64,000 nucleotides of DNA, taken from a virus (Duplodnaviria > Caudoviricetes). Every line of letters begins with the position of its first letter. Position 1 is the first letter of the stretch. Shown here piece after piece: positions 1 through 9,239 of the stretch. The position numbers and the translations under genes were made by a program. The notes under the pieces were generated by a model. The model worked only from the letters and a program-made list of their open reading frames with translations, did no database searches and was not told the origin of the DNA. Location: IMG/VR virus record IMGVR_UViG_3300011008_000008. One strand, 5' to 3'.

Positions 1-280
1 AATCACGATCCAGATGATGATAGGCCGCATCATTCAAGACCCACTGAAGATCTGCATCATCTGCATATGTGCCCATTGCAATACCAATGCCCTTATCCGC
101 AAAATAAGCATAGGTCACACAGTAATTGCGCCCATATTCGTCCGGCTTGGGTTCACCTATGTAAATGCATCCTTTCGCCTGTCTCATTTCGACATTGTGA
201 TACACCGCCTTGTCCCTGGTGAAATTGTAGGTGATCACCCTGTGCGTTTCAAACTGCGTGGACAAATCTCTGATCATCAT
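1..280 (-). CDS. hypothetical early protein (3' end outside window)
   Basis: ATG at 280 with AGGGAGG RBS, downstream of promoter copy 1; reads MMIRDLSTQFETHRVITY... open to window edge. Confidence 0.7.
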   Translation of the reverse strand, partial: MMIRDLSTQFETHRVITYNFTRDKAVYHNVEMRQAKGCIYIGEPKPDEYGRNYCVTYAYFADKGIGIAMGTYADDADLQWVLNDAAYHHLDRD

Positions 281-306
281 TATTATATCCTCCCTTTAAA
301 ATGTTT

Positions 307-356
307 CTATGTCCTTGTGACAGTTATATAATAACTCATCTTATATGTAATGTCAA
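307..356 (-). promoter_or_regulatory. early sigma-A promoter + conserved leader, copy 1
   Basis: TTGACA(351-356)-17bp-TATTAT(328-333) then AACTGTCACAAGGACATAG. Confidence 0.85.
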
Positions 357-530
357 GTAGTTTTTGTCTTATTTTATAAATTAATTTATTCTCATTTTTC
401 AATATCACATTTTTTGACTTCCTTCTTGTTTTTGAAAATTGAGAATAATTGCAGTTCGTTTTTGAAAATCAGATTATTCTGCTATAGATCAACGCCATAC
501 GGATTTACCGCATGGCGTGTGTCAAAGCCC

Positions 531-830
531 CTATTCTATCTCATTCCAGTACAGCATTAGCAATAGACCAATGTGTTTTACCTCGTCAATAGACAATTGC
601 CGCCCCGCATTATCGCCGCTTGTAAACTGTAATGCGTACTCTACCGGCTTTTCATCTACGTATTTTATCCTTATACCTATGCCAATTCTATTCATCAGCG
701 CAGCCGCGCCGCCGTCTCTCAAATAGTTGATGATGTTCAGTGCGTTCTCGGATAGTCTTTCCTCTGTTAAGGCAACGCCGGAATAAAGCCGGTTCCACAG
801 TTTCATATAGTCAATATAATTCGCTTTCAT
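531..830 (-). CDS. hypothetical protein
   Basis: ORF track 531..857; ATG at 830 after G-rich RBS; hairpin 492-517 downstream. Confidence 0.7.
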   Translation of the reverse strand: MKANYIDYMKLWNRLYSGVALTEERLSENALNIINYLRDGGAAALMNRIGIGIRIKYVDEKPVEYALQFTSGDNAGRQLSIDEVKHIGLLLMLYWNEIE

Positions 831-853
831 GCAAACACCCCCCCCATCCAGGC

Positions 854-1093
854 TCAAGCCATCGCTTCCAGTGCGAACATAAACGCTGCCGCTCCCCTGT
901 CGCTGGAAAGTATGTCGCCACGGTATTCGGCAAACTCTCTCACAAACCTGGCGCTGTTCTCATTCTTGAACATATCATCAAAAGCGTCTACCGCTTCATG
1001 ATATCCAGCAACTTGATCATAATTCTGATACAGAAAATCATATTCCTCGTTGAACCGGTTCAGAAACTCGTGAATGTTAATCGCCTTGGCCAT
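854..1093 (-). CDS. hypothetical protein
   Basis: GGAGG RBS before ATG 1093; first gene after promoter copy 2. Confidence 0.75.
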   Translation of the reverse strand: MAKAINIHEFLNRFNEEYDFLYQNYDQVAGYHEAVDAFDDMFKNENSARFVREFAEYRGDILSSDRGAAAFMFALEAMA

Positions 1094-1117
1094 CTCGATG
1101 CCCTCCAATCAATTTAA

Positions 1118-1167
1118 CTATGTCCTTGTGACAGTTATATTATATCTCCAGGTTTCTGTATTGTCAA
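1118..1167 (-). promoter_or_regulatory. early promoter + leader, copy 2
   Basis: TTGACA(1162-1167)-17-TATAAT(1139-1144), leader AACTGTCACAAGGACATAG. Confidence 0.9.
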
Positions 1168-1377
1168 TAGGTTTTTGTATTGTTATTTAAATTATTTTCC
1201 AGCTTGTCAGATCGCAGCACGCCCAATATTCTCTCATTTTCAAAAACAAATCCATTATTCTCTTGTTTTTCAAAATTACGATTTCTTGCACGCAAAAAAA
1301 ACAAATATTGAAAAACAAGAATATAAAACAAAATGGCAACGCTTCCGCTGCCATTCCGTTTTCCATTATTCATATTT

Positions 1378-1659
1378 TTAGAAGCACGGTTTCCAGGCTC
1401 CCATTTCATCCAGGCCAACACGACAATCTTTCCTCTGTCTCGTCGCGTCAATTATTGCTTCCTGCTTGCGCCCCATTCGCTTGAATAGCAAATCCTTTGC
1501 CTTGATAATCTCGATGCCCGTTCGATCCTTAATCGCGTTCCTGAGCGTCCTATAATCCACATATGCAGGTAAACCGAGCACCATTTTCCCATTGATCACC
1601 AGCGTGCAGTAATAGCTCCCGTCAAAATCCCGAACGATATCAGCATACCATTTATTCAT
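1378..1659 (-). CDS. hypothetical protein
   Basis: ORF with GGAGGG RBS in tightly packed operon. Confidence 0.75.
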   Translation of the reverse strand: MNKWYADIVRDFDGSYYCTLVINGKMVLGLPAYVDYRTLRNAIKDRTGIEIIKAKDLLFKRMGRKQEAIIDATRQRKDCRVGLDEMGAWKPCF

Positions 1660-1668
1660 AATGCCCTC

Positions 1669-1974
1669 CTATTCTTCGATAGTAAAACTTTCCACGCACC
1701 ACTCGAAAACTTCCGACAAATAATCCTCGATCTCTTTATTGCTCATGTAGCCATCAATAATGATTCTTTCCGGCAAATCGGCGACTTCCTCTCCGTCTGT
1801 GTCCCACTTGATATTGGTCACTTTGATATAATTCGTCGGCTCTATTTTGACAATTTCCATGACGGGATAAACTATATTCCCATCCAGGATAATATTATGT
1901 CCATTTGTGCTAAAGCTTATCTTGCTGCATTCCAGCGTGTTTCCATTGGTAAAGTGTACGGTCATCTTGTTCAT
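1669..1974 (-). CDS. hypothetical protein
   Basis: ORF with RBS in operon. Confidence 0.75.
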   Translation of the reverse strand: MNKMTVHFTNGNTLECSKISFSTNGHNIILDGNIVYPVMEIVKIEPTNYIKVTNIKWDTDGEEVADLPERIIIDGYMSNKEIEDYLSEVFEWCVESFTIEE

Positions 1975-2004
1975 GCTCTTTTATCTCCCTTCTATGCATC
2001 ATCA

Positions 2005-2301
2005 TTATTTATCTGTGATTCCATCGCAGTAAAGCCCGCCTGATTTTTTCGCACCCTGCATCAGTTCCAGGAATAAATGCATCAGACTTGCAAAATTTTC
2101 ATCCTCGACGTAATACCCTACGCCGAACCAGTCACCCTGTAGATCCTCGGCGTTGATTACCAAATCTCCATACTGTATATCCCCATCGGCAACGCCCTCA
2201 CTCAGCCATGACTCAAAAACTTCTTCATCGTTGACCTGTCGTGCAATGTACTCCATAGCCTTGACCATCTTAATGCGCTCAGCCCTGTTCATCATCTTCA
2301 T
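2005..2301 (-). CDS. hypothetical acidic protein
   Basis: ORF with GGAGG RBS. Confidence 0.75.
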   Translation of the reverse strand: MKMMNRAERIKMVKAMEYIARQVNDEEVFESWLSEGVADGDIQYGDLVINAEDLQGDWFGVGYYVEDENFASLMHLFLELMQGAKKSGGLYCDGITDK

Positions 2302-2307
2302 AACCTC

Positions 2308-2469
2308 CTATGCTCTCTCGCAATAGACCTTTGTGGTTGTGTCCTTGATATAGCATCCATCAGAAAACCATTCGCAGTTATCATCCATCCATTCTTCACG
2401 CGCTTCTTCCGTATAAAACGCCTTGATCACGTCGCCACTCAACCAGTCCGACACCAAATATAATCCCAT
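2308..2469 (-). CDS. hypothetical protein, 53 aa (not in ORF track)
   Basis: MGLYLVSDWLSGDVIKAFYTEEAREEWM...; fills the gap between neighbouring genes. Confidence 0.65.
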   Translation of the reverse strand: MGLYLVSDWLSGDVIKAFYTEEAREEWMDDNCEWFSDGCYIKDTTTKVYCERA

Positions 2470-2486
2470 ATACACAGCCGCCCCTC

Positions 2487-2663
2487 CTATCTGCTCTTTG
2501 CTTCACCAGACACTTTAACGTCGTGTCCGTCGATCTCATTGATATCATAATAGCCCTCGTCCAGGCGCTCCCATGCGATGCGCTCCGCTTCCTCGGCAGT
2601 CTCCGCCTCAATCTCGTCGGTCTCGATCAAGGTCTCATAAATTGTAACCTTCCACTTCTTCAT
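2487..2663 (-). CDS. DpnD/PcfM-like small protein
   Basis: KWKVTIYETLIETDEIEAETAEEAERIA pattern recalled for this family. Confidence 0.55.
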   Translation of the reverse strand: MKKWKVTIYETLIETDEIEAETAEEAERIAWERLDEGYYDINEIDGHDVKVSGEAKSR

Positions 2664-2690
2664 CGTTATTCCCTCCATTCATTCATTATT

Positions 2691-2927
2691 TTACATCCGT
2701 TCAATATTGTTCTTCAGCACAAAATTATGGATATGCGCCGTACAGCTTGCCAAATCTCCGTATTTAGCAATGATTTTCCTGTGCTTCATCGGATAACCGT
2801 ATTCACTTTGAGTATAGTACTCAGCATAGAGTCGAAACGGATTTGTGTTGGTCTTATCATCGTAATAGATTGTTGCAACCATGCCTTTGAGACTAATACT
2901 TCCAATCTTTTTCATAGGATACACCAC
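2691..2927 (-). CDS. hypothetical protein
   Basis: ORF in operon. Confidence 0.65.
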   Translation of the reverse strand: MVYPMKKIGSISLKGMVATIYYDDKTNTNPFRLYAEYYTQSEYGYPMKHRKIIAKYGDLASCTAHIHNFVLKNNIERM

Positions 2928-3041
2928 CTTTAATCATTCTGATTTATCCGCATTTTCGACCCTTCTGCGTTATGCCCTGACTCTCTGTATACTGTCGGGA
3001 CTCTCTCACGATAACGCTACTTTGGATCAAAATCCAAATTG

Positions 3042-3392
3042 TCAACCGGCGATCAGCTCACACTGGCTGGCCTTGAAGAAAAACGCAGTCTTTAAAAACA
3101 TCTTCATCTTGACGTTCTCGCCGTCCTGAGCTTCTTCTTCGGTCTGTTCTTCCTGCTTCTTCTTGCCCTTCCCAGGCTTCCAAATAGTAATTGCGGCGAC
3201 GTTCTTTTCTCCGCGCTTCACCTGATAGCCCAGCTTCTTCCAAACGGCGTAGGTGTGAATGGCTTCCGGCTCCATGACTTCGATCTCGCTGCCGTCCGGC
3301 ATTTCCATTACCATCTTGCGCCCCGTCGTTCCGATTACGCCATCCTCCATCAGCTTCACAGAAGCGTTGAAAATGATCATCTCGTTCGTCAT
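3042..3392 (-). CDS. ArdC-like N-terminal ssDNA-binding domain protein
   Basis: motif HTYAVWKKLGYQVKRGEK...ITIWK...FFKASQ; AGGAGG RBS. Confidence 0.65.
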   Translation of the reverse strand: MTNEMIIFNASVKLMEDGVIGTTGRKMVMEMPDGSEIEVMEPEAIHTYAVWKKLGYQVKRGEKNVAAITIWKPGKGKKKQEEQTEEEAQDGENVKMKMFLKTAFFFKASQCELIAG

Positions 3393-3414
3393 GGTGAAAA
3401 CCTCCTAAAAGTTT

Positions 3415-3465
3415 CTATGTCCTCTTGACAGTTATTATTATAGCTCCAGCCTAATGATTTGTCAA
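3415..3465 (-). promoter_or_regulatory. early promoter + leader, copy 3
   Basis: TTGACA(3460-3465)-17-TATAAT(3437-3442), AACTGTCAAGAGGACATAG. Confidence 0.9.
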
Positions 3466-3595
3466 TACTTTTTTGGATTATTTTATAAAAAATATTTCCT
3501 GATATTGGAAAACATCCGATCCACTTTTATTCCATTTTCAAAAACCAGTATTCCATAAAAAAAGAAAAGCGTTTGACCGCTTTCCTTCTGTCGAT

Positions 3596-4444
3596 TTAGT
3601 TTTTTGAAATGAGCTTTTCCCGAATATACTGATACCCCCTGTCACTCTCCTCGATGCTGTCATACTTCCTGTTTTTTGTATTATCCTCGAAGCGTTCAAA
3701 TGCTGCCATGACGCCGTAAAAGCCACTGCTAAAATACAATTTCTCCCCTATCCTGTTGACTTCCTCGGCTGTTTGCGCGTTTTCCAGGTCAGAAACAATC
3801 TGCTTCTTTCGCTCAGCGATCAGTGCGCGAAGCTCCTCCAGCTTTTCCGTTTGGTCTGCCTGCAAATAAGCTTTCTTTTTCCTGTCAGCTCGAAGCGCCG
3901 AAGCGCGGCGGCGCAAATCCTCCCGCTTGTTATCCAAGATGTAGCCGCTTTTATCAATGGTGTAACAGTTTGTGTCCCTGCTGTAATAACTCCAATGGTC
4001 TTTCACCGGCGCGACTTTATAGCGTGCGCTAAAATCAATCGTCCTTTCCTCCGGCTTGCGGATATACTTCTTATCCTGAACGATGATATAGTTTTCTATG
4101 TGCGGCATCTTGCGGCACATCTCAAAATCCCCTTTTCTGTAAAAGGTCTCGAAGCCGCAGCACCTATAATCAATTTCAATGCCGCTATAACGCAACCCGA
4201 CAATATGCAGTCTGGAATAACGCTCGGTTCTCGGATTGCGAACCAGCATAACCACCTTATCACCAGGGTGATACCCATATTCAGCGATTGCCTTGGCCAC
4301 TTTGTTGAGCGTAAAGCTCCCTTCCATCACGATACAGGCGAAGGGCTTTTCAAAGTCGAAGCCCGCCACGTTATGCAGTTTGACGAATGCCTTTCTGTCA
4401 ATCTTCGTCAGCCTCTTGATGTTCTCCATGCAATTATTCTTCAT
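3596..4444 (-). CDS. hypothetical protein, 282 aa
   Basis: long ORF, GGAGG RBS, terminator-like hairpin at 3557-3586. Confidence 0.8.
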   Translation of the reverse strand: MKNNCMENIKRLTKIDRKAFVKLHNVAGFDFEKPFACIVMEGSFTLNKVAKAIAEYGYHPGDKVVMLVRNPRTERYSRLHIVGLRYSGIEIDYRCCGFETFYRKGDFEMCRKMPHIENYIIVQDKKYIRKPEERTIDFSARYKVAPVKDHWSYYSRDTNCYTIDKSGYILDNKREDLRRRASALRADRKKKAYLQADQTEKLEELRALIAERKKQIVSDLENAQTAEEVNRIGEKLYFSSGFYGVMAAFERFEDNTKNRKYDSIEESDRGYQYIREKLISKN

Positions 4445-4474
4445 ATCTAAAAACCTCCATTCTTTAATCTTGGC

Positions 4475-4762
4475 TCACATGTTCGCAATCGTCGTTAGCT
4501 GCTTGACATACTTGATCAGCTTCTTGCGGCAAACCTCAGTCTGCTTGTGCGTCAGAAACCCAGTGCGATTGAAAAACTCGGCGAAGCTGGTAAGGATCGG
4601 CGCATCCACGCCATTGAATCCCGCGCCGTTGCGCTCGTTCGCGCTGCCCTCAATCCGTTCATCGGCGGTCTGGCGCTCGTACAGCTTAATCAAGCACTTG
4701 CAAACCATCTTGTCATTGACCAGGATTAGCTGCTTGATTTCTTCTTCCTTCCAAACACGCAT
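4475..4762 (-). CDS. conserved phage hypothetical protein
   Basis: LYERQTADE...NGAGFNGVDA motif; RBS before ATG 4762. Confidence 0.75.
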   Translation of the reverse strand: MRVWKEEEIKQLILVNDKMVCKCLIKLYERQTADERIEGSANERNGAGFNGVDAPILTSFAEFFNRTGFLTHKQTEVCRKKLIKYVKQLTTIANM

Positions 4763-4783
4763 TTCCAACGCCTCCAATCTGTT

Positions 4784-4834
4784 CTATGTCCTCTTGACAG
4801 TTACAATTATAACTCCAGCATCATGTATTGTCAA
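4784..4834 (-). promoter_or_regulatory. early promoter + leader, copy 4
   Basis: TTGACA(4829-4834)-17-TATAAT(4806-4811), leader conserved. Confidence 0.9.
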
Positions 4835-4882
4835 TACTTTTTTGCATTATTTCTTAAAATTACGTCATAACAATTTCTCATG

Positions 4883-5629
4883 CTATGCTAATTTTAAATT
4901 AGTATCTGTTATGACTTTTGATGTGTCTATGCCGCAATTCTCGCACATGGCCACAGCGATTTGCAGGGCTTTGGGCCACTCTCCAGGCTTGATATAGTCC
5001 AGGATATTTCCAACACCTTGCGCCCTCGTATGACGCGATTTGGCGTTAATGTGACCGTGATAAAGCAGGTTCTTATAATAGACTTTCCAGGCTTGCGCAA
5101 AATCATTATCTCGGCATCCGGCGAATGTGCGCACCAGTCTAACAACGCTCTGCCGATAGTCCAGCGTCAAGGCATCCAGTGCCAACGCCTTATTGGTCTG
5201 CACCAGCGCGGCATTCCGTTCTTGTTCGTTTTTCAAAATCTCTAAAATCTGAATGATCGTTTCCGGCTGTCGCATCAGCTCGGTGATCTTCTCCGGGGTT
5301 ATGTAGGCTCCGTGCTTTCGGATTGATGGGATAACATCATGTGTTATCCAGCGTTTGAATGCTTTGGCTGCTGGCAGTTTGGATGATAACACCAGGCTAT
5401 ATAAACCGGACTCATTGATAATTGCTAAATTCTGTGCTCCTCCAAGGGTGTCGCATTTTGCTACTCCCCTGTCTTCCTCGTCTACACGCTTTGCCAACGC
5501 ATCGCGGCTGTTACTATATCCCAGAATATCCGTCACATCTTTTCCAACAAACCAGGGTTCACCATCAATTGCCAAGGTTCTGATTGTTCCAAATTCATCG
5601 TTTTTGAACATCGTGATTTTCTGTTCCAT
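4883..5629 (-). CDS. BRO-N domain protein (antirepressor-like)
   Basis: FGTIRTLAIDGEPWFVGKDV...INESGLYSLVLSSKLPAAKAFKRWITHDVIPSIRKHGAY. Confidence 0.9.
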   Translation of the reverse strand: MEQKITMFKNDEFGTIRTLAIDGEPWFVGKDVTDILGYSNSRDALAKRVDEEDRGVAKCDTLGGAQNLAIINESGLYSLVLSSKLPAAKAFKRWITHDVIPSIRKHGAYITPEKITELMRQPETIIQILEILKNEQERNAALVQTNKALALDALTLDYRQSVVRLVRTFAGCRDNDFAQAWKVYYKNLLYHGHINAKSRHTRAQGVGNILDYIKPGEWPKALQIAVAMCENCGIDTSKVITDTNLKLA

Positions 5630-5703
5630 CGTTCTGCCTCCGTTCAGATAATCCTCGTTTTAAAAAACCTCCGCAAAATGCGAAATCTGCGGAGGCCAAT
5701 TTG

Positions 5704-5757
5704 AATGTACGGTTTTGCTTTTTCAATGTTCGGTTTTCCGCTTGAATGTTCGGTTTT
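5704..5757. repeat. three direct repeats AATGTWCGGTTTT at ~21-bp period
   Basis: copies at 5704, 5725, 5745. Confidence 0.7.
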
Positions 5758-5762
5758 CCAAA

Positions 5763-5939
5763 TCACAGGCAGCAAAACTCATCCATGTCTTCATCGGATA
5801 TTGAATCGTAAATCTCGCTCAGTTCATCCCATAACTTCTGTGTTGTTTCCTCAAATTTGTTCGGACCGTCCATCAGCACGTTGTAATAATTGGTTTCCAG
5901 GTCGTGCAGTTTCTTCACATCGATATCTGTGATCTTCAT
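5763..5939 (-). CDS. small acidic hypothetical protein
   Basis: GGAGG RBS before ATG 5939. Confidence 0.65.
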   Translation of the reverse strand: MKITDIDVKKLHDLETNYYNVLMDGPNKFEETTQKLWDELSEIYDSISDEDMDEFCCL

Positions 5940-6028
5940 TATGTAATCCTCCATTGTTTTTGAATATCTCGTTTTTATGCTTATGAATGACTTGCCCGCG
6001 TATGAGGCCCACGGGCGGGCATCAATTC

Positions 6029-6280
6029 TTAAAGGGTTTCGCCGGGGTGATTTTCCAGCCAGGAATCAACCAGTTCCTGTATGTATGCTTTTGCTTGCTT
6101 TAGCGTCATTTCGCCACCCTCAAGGTCTCCATCTACACAGGCTTCATAATAGATTTTCTGCGTTCCGTCCGGACGAATCAGCTTGCACTTCTCCACCGTG
6201 GCAACGCTCCAAGGCGTGATCTTCCTCGGCTTCCCCACTGTTCCCATGCGATATACAGTCCCGCCATAGGTGATTTTCAT
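6029..6280 (-). CDS. hypothetical protein
   Basis: GGAGG RBS; GC hairpin at 5993-6021 downstream. Confidence 0.7.
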   Translation of the reverse strand: MKITYGGTVYRMGTVGKPRKITPWSVATVEKCKLIRPDGTQKIYYEACVDGDLEGGEMTLKQAKAYIQELVDSWLENHPGETL

Positions 6281-6290
6281 AACGCCCTCC

Positions 6291-6653
6291 TTATGCTGAC
6301 ACTTTTCTACATAGCTCTTCCAGTGTCTTTTCGTAGTCTTCCAGTTCTCGCAAAATACGGGTCAATCCGAATTTGTGCAAACCCTTGTAAGCATTCCAAT
6401 AGGCCACCGCTTCATCGTCGGCATCAAACTCATTGTAAATGTCATACAATTCCTGCTGGATGTTCTCGGCAGTGACGCCATCCGCATAATTATGTGCGCG
6501 AAGGTCGATAAAGTGAACCATGTTGATCTCGATACCGTCTGTCCAGGTCATAATCTCATAACCGCACAGCTCGCCGTCCTCGTAATACTCGCTCACTTTG
6601 AAATCCTCGTCCTCGATGATCCGCAAAATCTCCTTGACGCTTTTCATGGTCAA
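6291..6653 (-). CDS. acidic hypothetical protein
   Basis: ORF in operon with AGGAG RBS. Confidence 0.75.
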   Translation of the reverse strand: MTMKSVKEILRIIEDEDFKVSEYYEDGELCGYEIMTWTDGIEINMVHFIDLRAHNYADGVTAENIQQELYDIYNEFDADDEAVAYWNAYKGLHKFGLTRILRELEDYEKTLEELCRKVSA

Positions 6654-6676
6654 TTCTCCTTTCCCCGCGCATGGCT

Positions 6677-7159
6677 CTAACGCAAATTGAGTTCTTCAGT
6701 AAAGACCTTTATGATTTTCCGCCCAGTGTATTCTTCCACGTCCTCGGTAACGGTCACGCGGAACAGACTCTTGTAATGTTCTGCAAATTTTTCCTTGTTG
6801 AGTCTCCACGATCCCTCCCTGTCGATCTTGTTGTAAATGAAATGGTTAGAATCGACGCCCATATCCCGAATGCCGATGTAATGCACATAGGCTTCATTTT
6901 CCACGCCGTCCATGATGTTCTCGCCGATCATCGCCATAGCGCCCTTGATGCTCTCGATATCGTAGATAATATCCGAGGCGTAAAACCGGCAGCTTCCCGC
7001 CTCCTGAATCAGCCAGGTAAAGGCCGTGGACGTGTTGCAATCTATCCGGATTTTTCCGTCGTTGCGGCGTTCCACGCTTCCCTCGGCAACATCTTCACGC
7101 AGCACCGGAAAATCCTTGACAAACTCGCTAATGCTGTTGATGATCTTGATATTCTCCAT
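6677..7159 (-). CDS. hypothetical protein
   Basis: ORF track 6677..7219; likely start ATG 7159 after AAGGGG RBS. Confidence 0.75.
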   Translation of the reverse strand: MENIKIINSISEFVKDFPVLREDVAEGSVERRNDGKIRIDCNTSTAFTWLIQEAGSCRFYASDIIYDIESIKGAMAMIGENIMDGVENEAYVHYIGIRDMGVDSNHFIYNKIDREGSWRLNKEKFAEHYKSLFRVTVTEDVEEYTGRKIIKVFTEELNLR

Positions 7160-7185
7160 TGTCGTACCCCTTTCTTGCGTCGTGG

Positions 7186-7339
7186 TGTCTTGCTTGACTG
7201 TGATTAGATTATACATCACATGTAATGCATTTGTCTATTGACGCTTTCCACAAAATTACATTACATGTATTGTATGTTCAGTACATTACATGCAATGTAT
7301 TTAAAAACTATTGACTAACTATTACATGTATGGTATAAT
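7186..7339. promoter_or_regulatory. divergent promoters with four palindromic operators (consensus TACATTACATGTAATGTA)
   Basis: operators at ~7212, 7257, 7282, 7318; + promoter TTGACT(7311)-17-TATAAT(7334); - promoter TAGACA(7232-7237)/TATAAT(7208-7213) with variant leader. Confidence 0.8.
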
Positions 7340-7362
7340 TCATACGAAAGGATGTTGATTAT

Positions 7363-7557
7363 ATGCCAGTATCAGAAGCAAAGAAACGCGCAGACGCCAA
7401 ATATAGGGCGAATAAACGCAAGCAAATCCAGCTTGACTATTCTATAGAAGAATTTGAACGGATTAAGAACCATTGTGAATCCAAGCAAACACCAGTCGCC
7501 ACATGGTGTAAAAAGGCGATCAACGACGCCATTGACCGGGAAAGCAACGCCGACTGA
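7363..7557 (+). CDS. ribbon-helix-helix (Arc/CopG-like) DNA-binding protein
   Basis: MPVSEAKKRADAKY..KQIQL...FERIK..C......ATWCKKAI pattern; only + strand gene of the early region. Confidence 0.7.
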   Translation: MPVSEAKKRADAKYRANKRKQIQLDYSIEEFERIKNHCESKQTPVATWCKKAINDAIDRESNAD

Positions 7558-7714
7558 TTTCCTTGGTTTTTCAATATCGAATTTTCTTGCGGTTCTGGGT
7601 TCAGCTTTATCAGATTTTCAAAAACCACGATCTGTATAGACTACAATCTCTTATTTTTCAAAATAAGGATTTTTTGCTAAAGCGCCAGGATTACCCGGCG
7701 TTTTTCCATATGTA

Positions 7715-7837
7715 TTAATGAAACTGGTATCTCCGCTTGTTGTGGGTCTGGTTGTAAATCTTCTCCCGCGCTCGCATGATGCTGTCGATCAGCGCTTCAA
7801 CGATTGTCGCTCCGGTCAGTATAAAAATTATTGACAT
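7715..7837 (-). CDS. small hypothetical protein, 40 aa
   Basis: GGAGGG RBS; MSIIFILTGATIVEALIDS... Confidence 0.5.
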   Translation of the reverse strand: MSIIFILTGATIVEALIDSIMRAREKIYNQTHNKRRYQFH

Positions 7838-7852
7838 TAAAAACCCTCCATT

Positions 7853-8038
7853 TCAAAACTCGTTAAGCTGTCGTTCTTCAACATAAATGTATTTCTCCAT
7901 ATCCTCGTCGGTATACTCATGATCTCGCTGGATTGCACGCAGCATGTTTTCCAGATTTTCCGCGTCACAAACGCAAATCAGTCTCAAGCTGTCCCTTGAC
8001 TTCCACTCGTCGCAATCGAAAATAACAAAAACCTTCAT
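7853..8038 (-). CDS. hypothetical protein (paralog of 8073-8294)
   Basis: shares CD.E.L.NML.A...TDE.M..YI.VEE..LNE with neighbour. Confidence 0.75.
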   Translation of the reverse strand: MKVFVIFDCDEWKSRDSLRLICVCDAENLENMLRAIQRDHEYTDEDMEKYIYVEERQLNEF

Positions 8039-8072
8039 CTGTGTTCGCTCCCTTCTTCAAATCGTCCGTTGT

Positions 8073-8294
8073 TCAGCAGCCACGGCCAGGAAAGTAATCA
8101 CACTCCCATACCTCGTTAAGGTTGATTTCCTCCACGTTGATATAGTCGCGCATTTCCTCGTCGGTAAATCCGCAACGCGCTCGCACAGCGTGCAGCATGT
8201 TTACCAGGTGTTCAGAGTCGCAAAATCCAAGCGTCCGTTCACTGTTATTCGCTACATAATGCGAATAGTAAATCCGATAGAGTTTCAAAAGCAA
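8073..8294 (-). CDS. hypothetical protein (paralog of 7853-8038)
   Basis: AGGAGG RBS; same shared pattern. Confidence 0.75.
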   Translation of the reverse strand: MLLKLYRIYYSHYVANNSERTLGFCDSEHLVNMLHAVRARCGFTDEEMRDYINVEEINLNEVWECDYFPGRGC

Positions 8295-8313
8295 AGCCTC
8301 CTATAAAAAGTTT

Positions 8314-8364
8314 CTGTGTCCTCTTGACAGTTATTATTATATACTTTTTTGTCTTATTTGTCAA
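8314..8364 (-). promoter_or_regulatory. early promoter + leader, copy 5
   Basis: TTGACA(8359-8364)-17-TATAAT(8336-8341), AACTGTCAAGAGGACACAG. Confidence 0.9.
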
Positions 8365-8763
8365 TGGATTTTAATTATAATTCTTTGACTTATTTATTGT
8401 TTGAATTAGTCATCTGTACATGAATCAAACAGTTTTTAGAAATTGCATTTTCCAGGTTCAGCCCGTCAGAAAATCCAATATTGGAAAACATGATTCTGGC
8501 GCGTGAATGATCTATGGTTTTCAAATATCAGGATTTTAAAACCCTCTAATTTAGGATGTTTTTGTTTTCAAAAATCCGATAAAACTGTAATTTCATTGCC
8601 AGTTTTCCGGAATTTTCAAAAACCTGAGTATTTTCCAATCGTTTTGAAATATGGCGATTTTCTGCAATATTTCCAGCACGATCATTCATTTTTCAAAATA
8701 GATTTTTCCTGTACAGTTTTCCTTGGTGTTTCAAAATCCAAATTTTCTGTCACCCGCCCGCAT

Positions 8764-8795
8764 AAAAAACAGGATTCGGAAAACTCCAAATCCTG
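8764..8795 (-). terminator. rho-independent terminator
   Basis: CAGGATT...AATCCTG stem followed by T-run on minus strand. Confidence 0.7.
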
Positions 8796-8813
8796 CCAGG
8801 CCGGTAACGTCAT

Positions 8814-9080
8814 TTATTCCAGTATTCTAAATTCCTCAATGTCTCCATTGTCGATCAGGTTTCTGCAATAGTTCCGTATATAATCCTGCATCAGGTAAAC
8901 GTCCTTCAGGTTGTTGTCCTTCATATAGCGCAACAGGTTCAGCGCCATCACGATCTCGCCCTCGCTAAATCCCTCCCGGTCTTCAAGGTTTCCTTTGTGG
9001 TCATAGGATTCCACAAAAATTTCCCAGCCCTTGCGCCCGATTTCGATATAACCGCCATTGTTTACTTCAATACGCATCAT
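8814..9080 (-). CDS. hypothetical protein
   Basis: GGAGGG RBS before ATG 9080. Confidence 0.75.
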   Translation of the reverse strand: MMRIEVNNGGYIEIGRKGWEIFVESYDHKGNLEDREGFSEGEIVMALNLLRYMKDNNLKDVYLMQDYIRNYCRNLIDNGDIEEFRILE

Positions 9081-9081
9081 T

Positions 9082-9222
9082 TTAAAACCCTCCATTCTCC
9101 GTCAGCATTTCCAAGTAAATCTTATTGGCCAGCTTGTCAACGTCCACATGCTTTCCTTCTTCGCGCTCGCGCCTTGCAATGTCCAGCGCCAGGTTTACCG
9201 CGTCAGCCATTTTCCAATCCAT
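9082..9222 (-). CDS. small hypothetical protein
   Basis: GGAGG RBS before ATG 9222 (MDWKMADAV...). Confidence 0.65.
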   Translation of the reverse strand: MDWKMADAVNLALDIARREREEGKHVDVDKLANKIYLEMLTENGGF

Positions 9223-9239
9223 CTTAAATCCTCCCTTGA

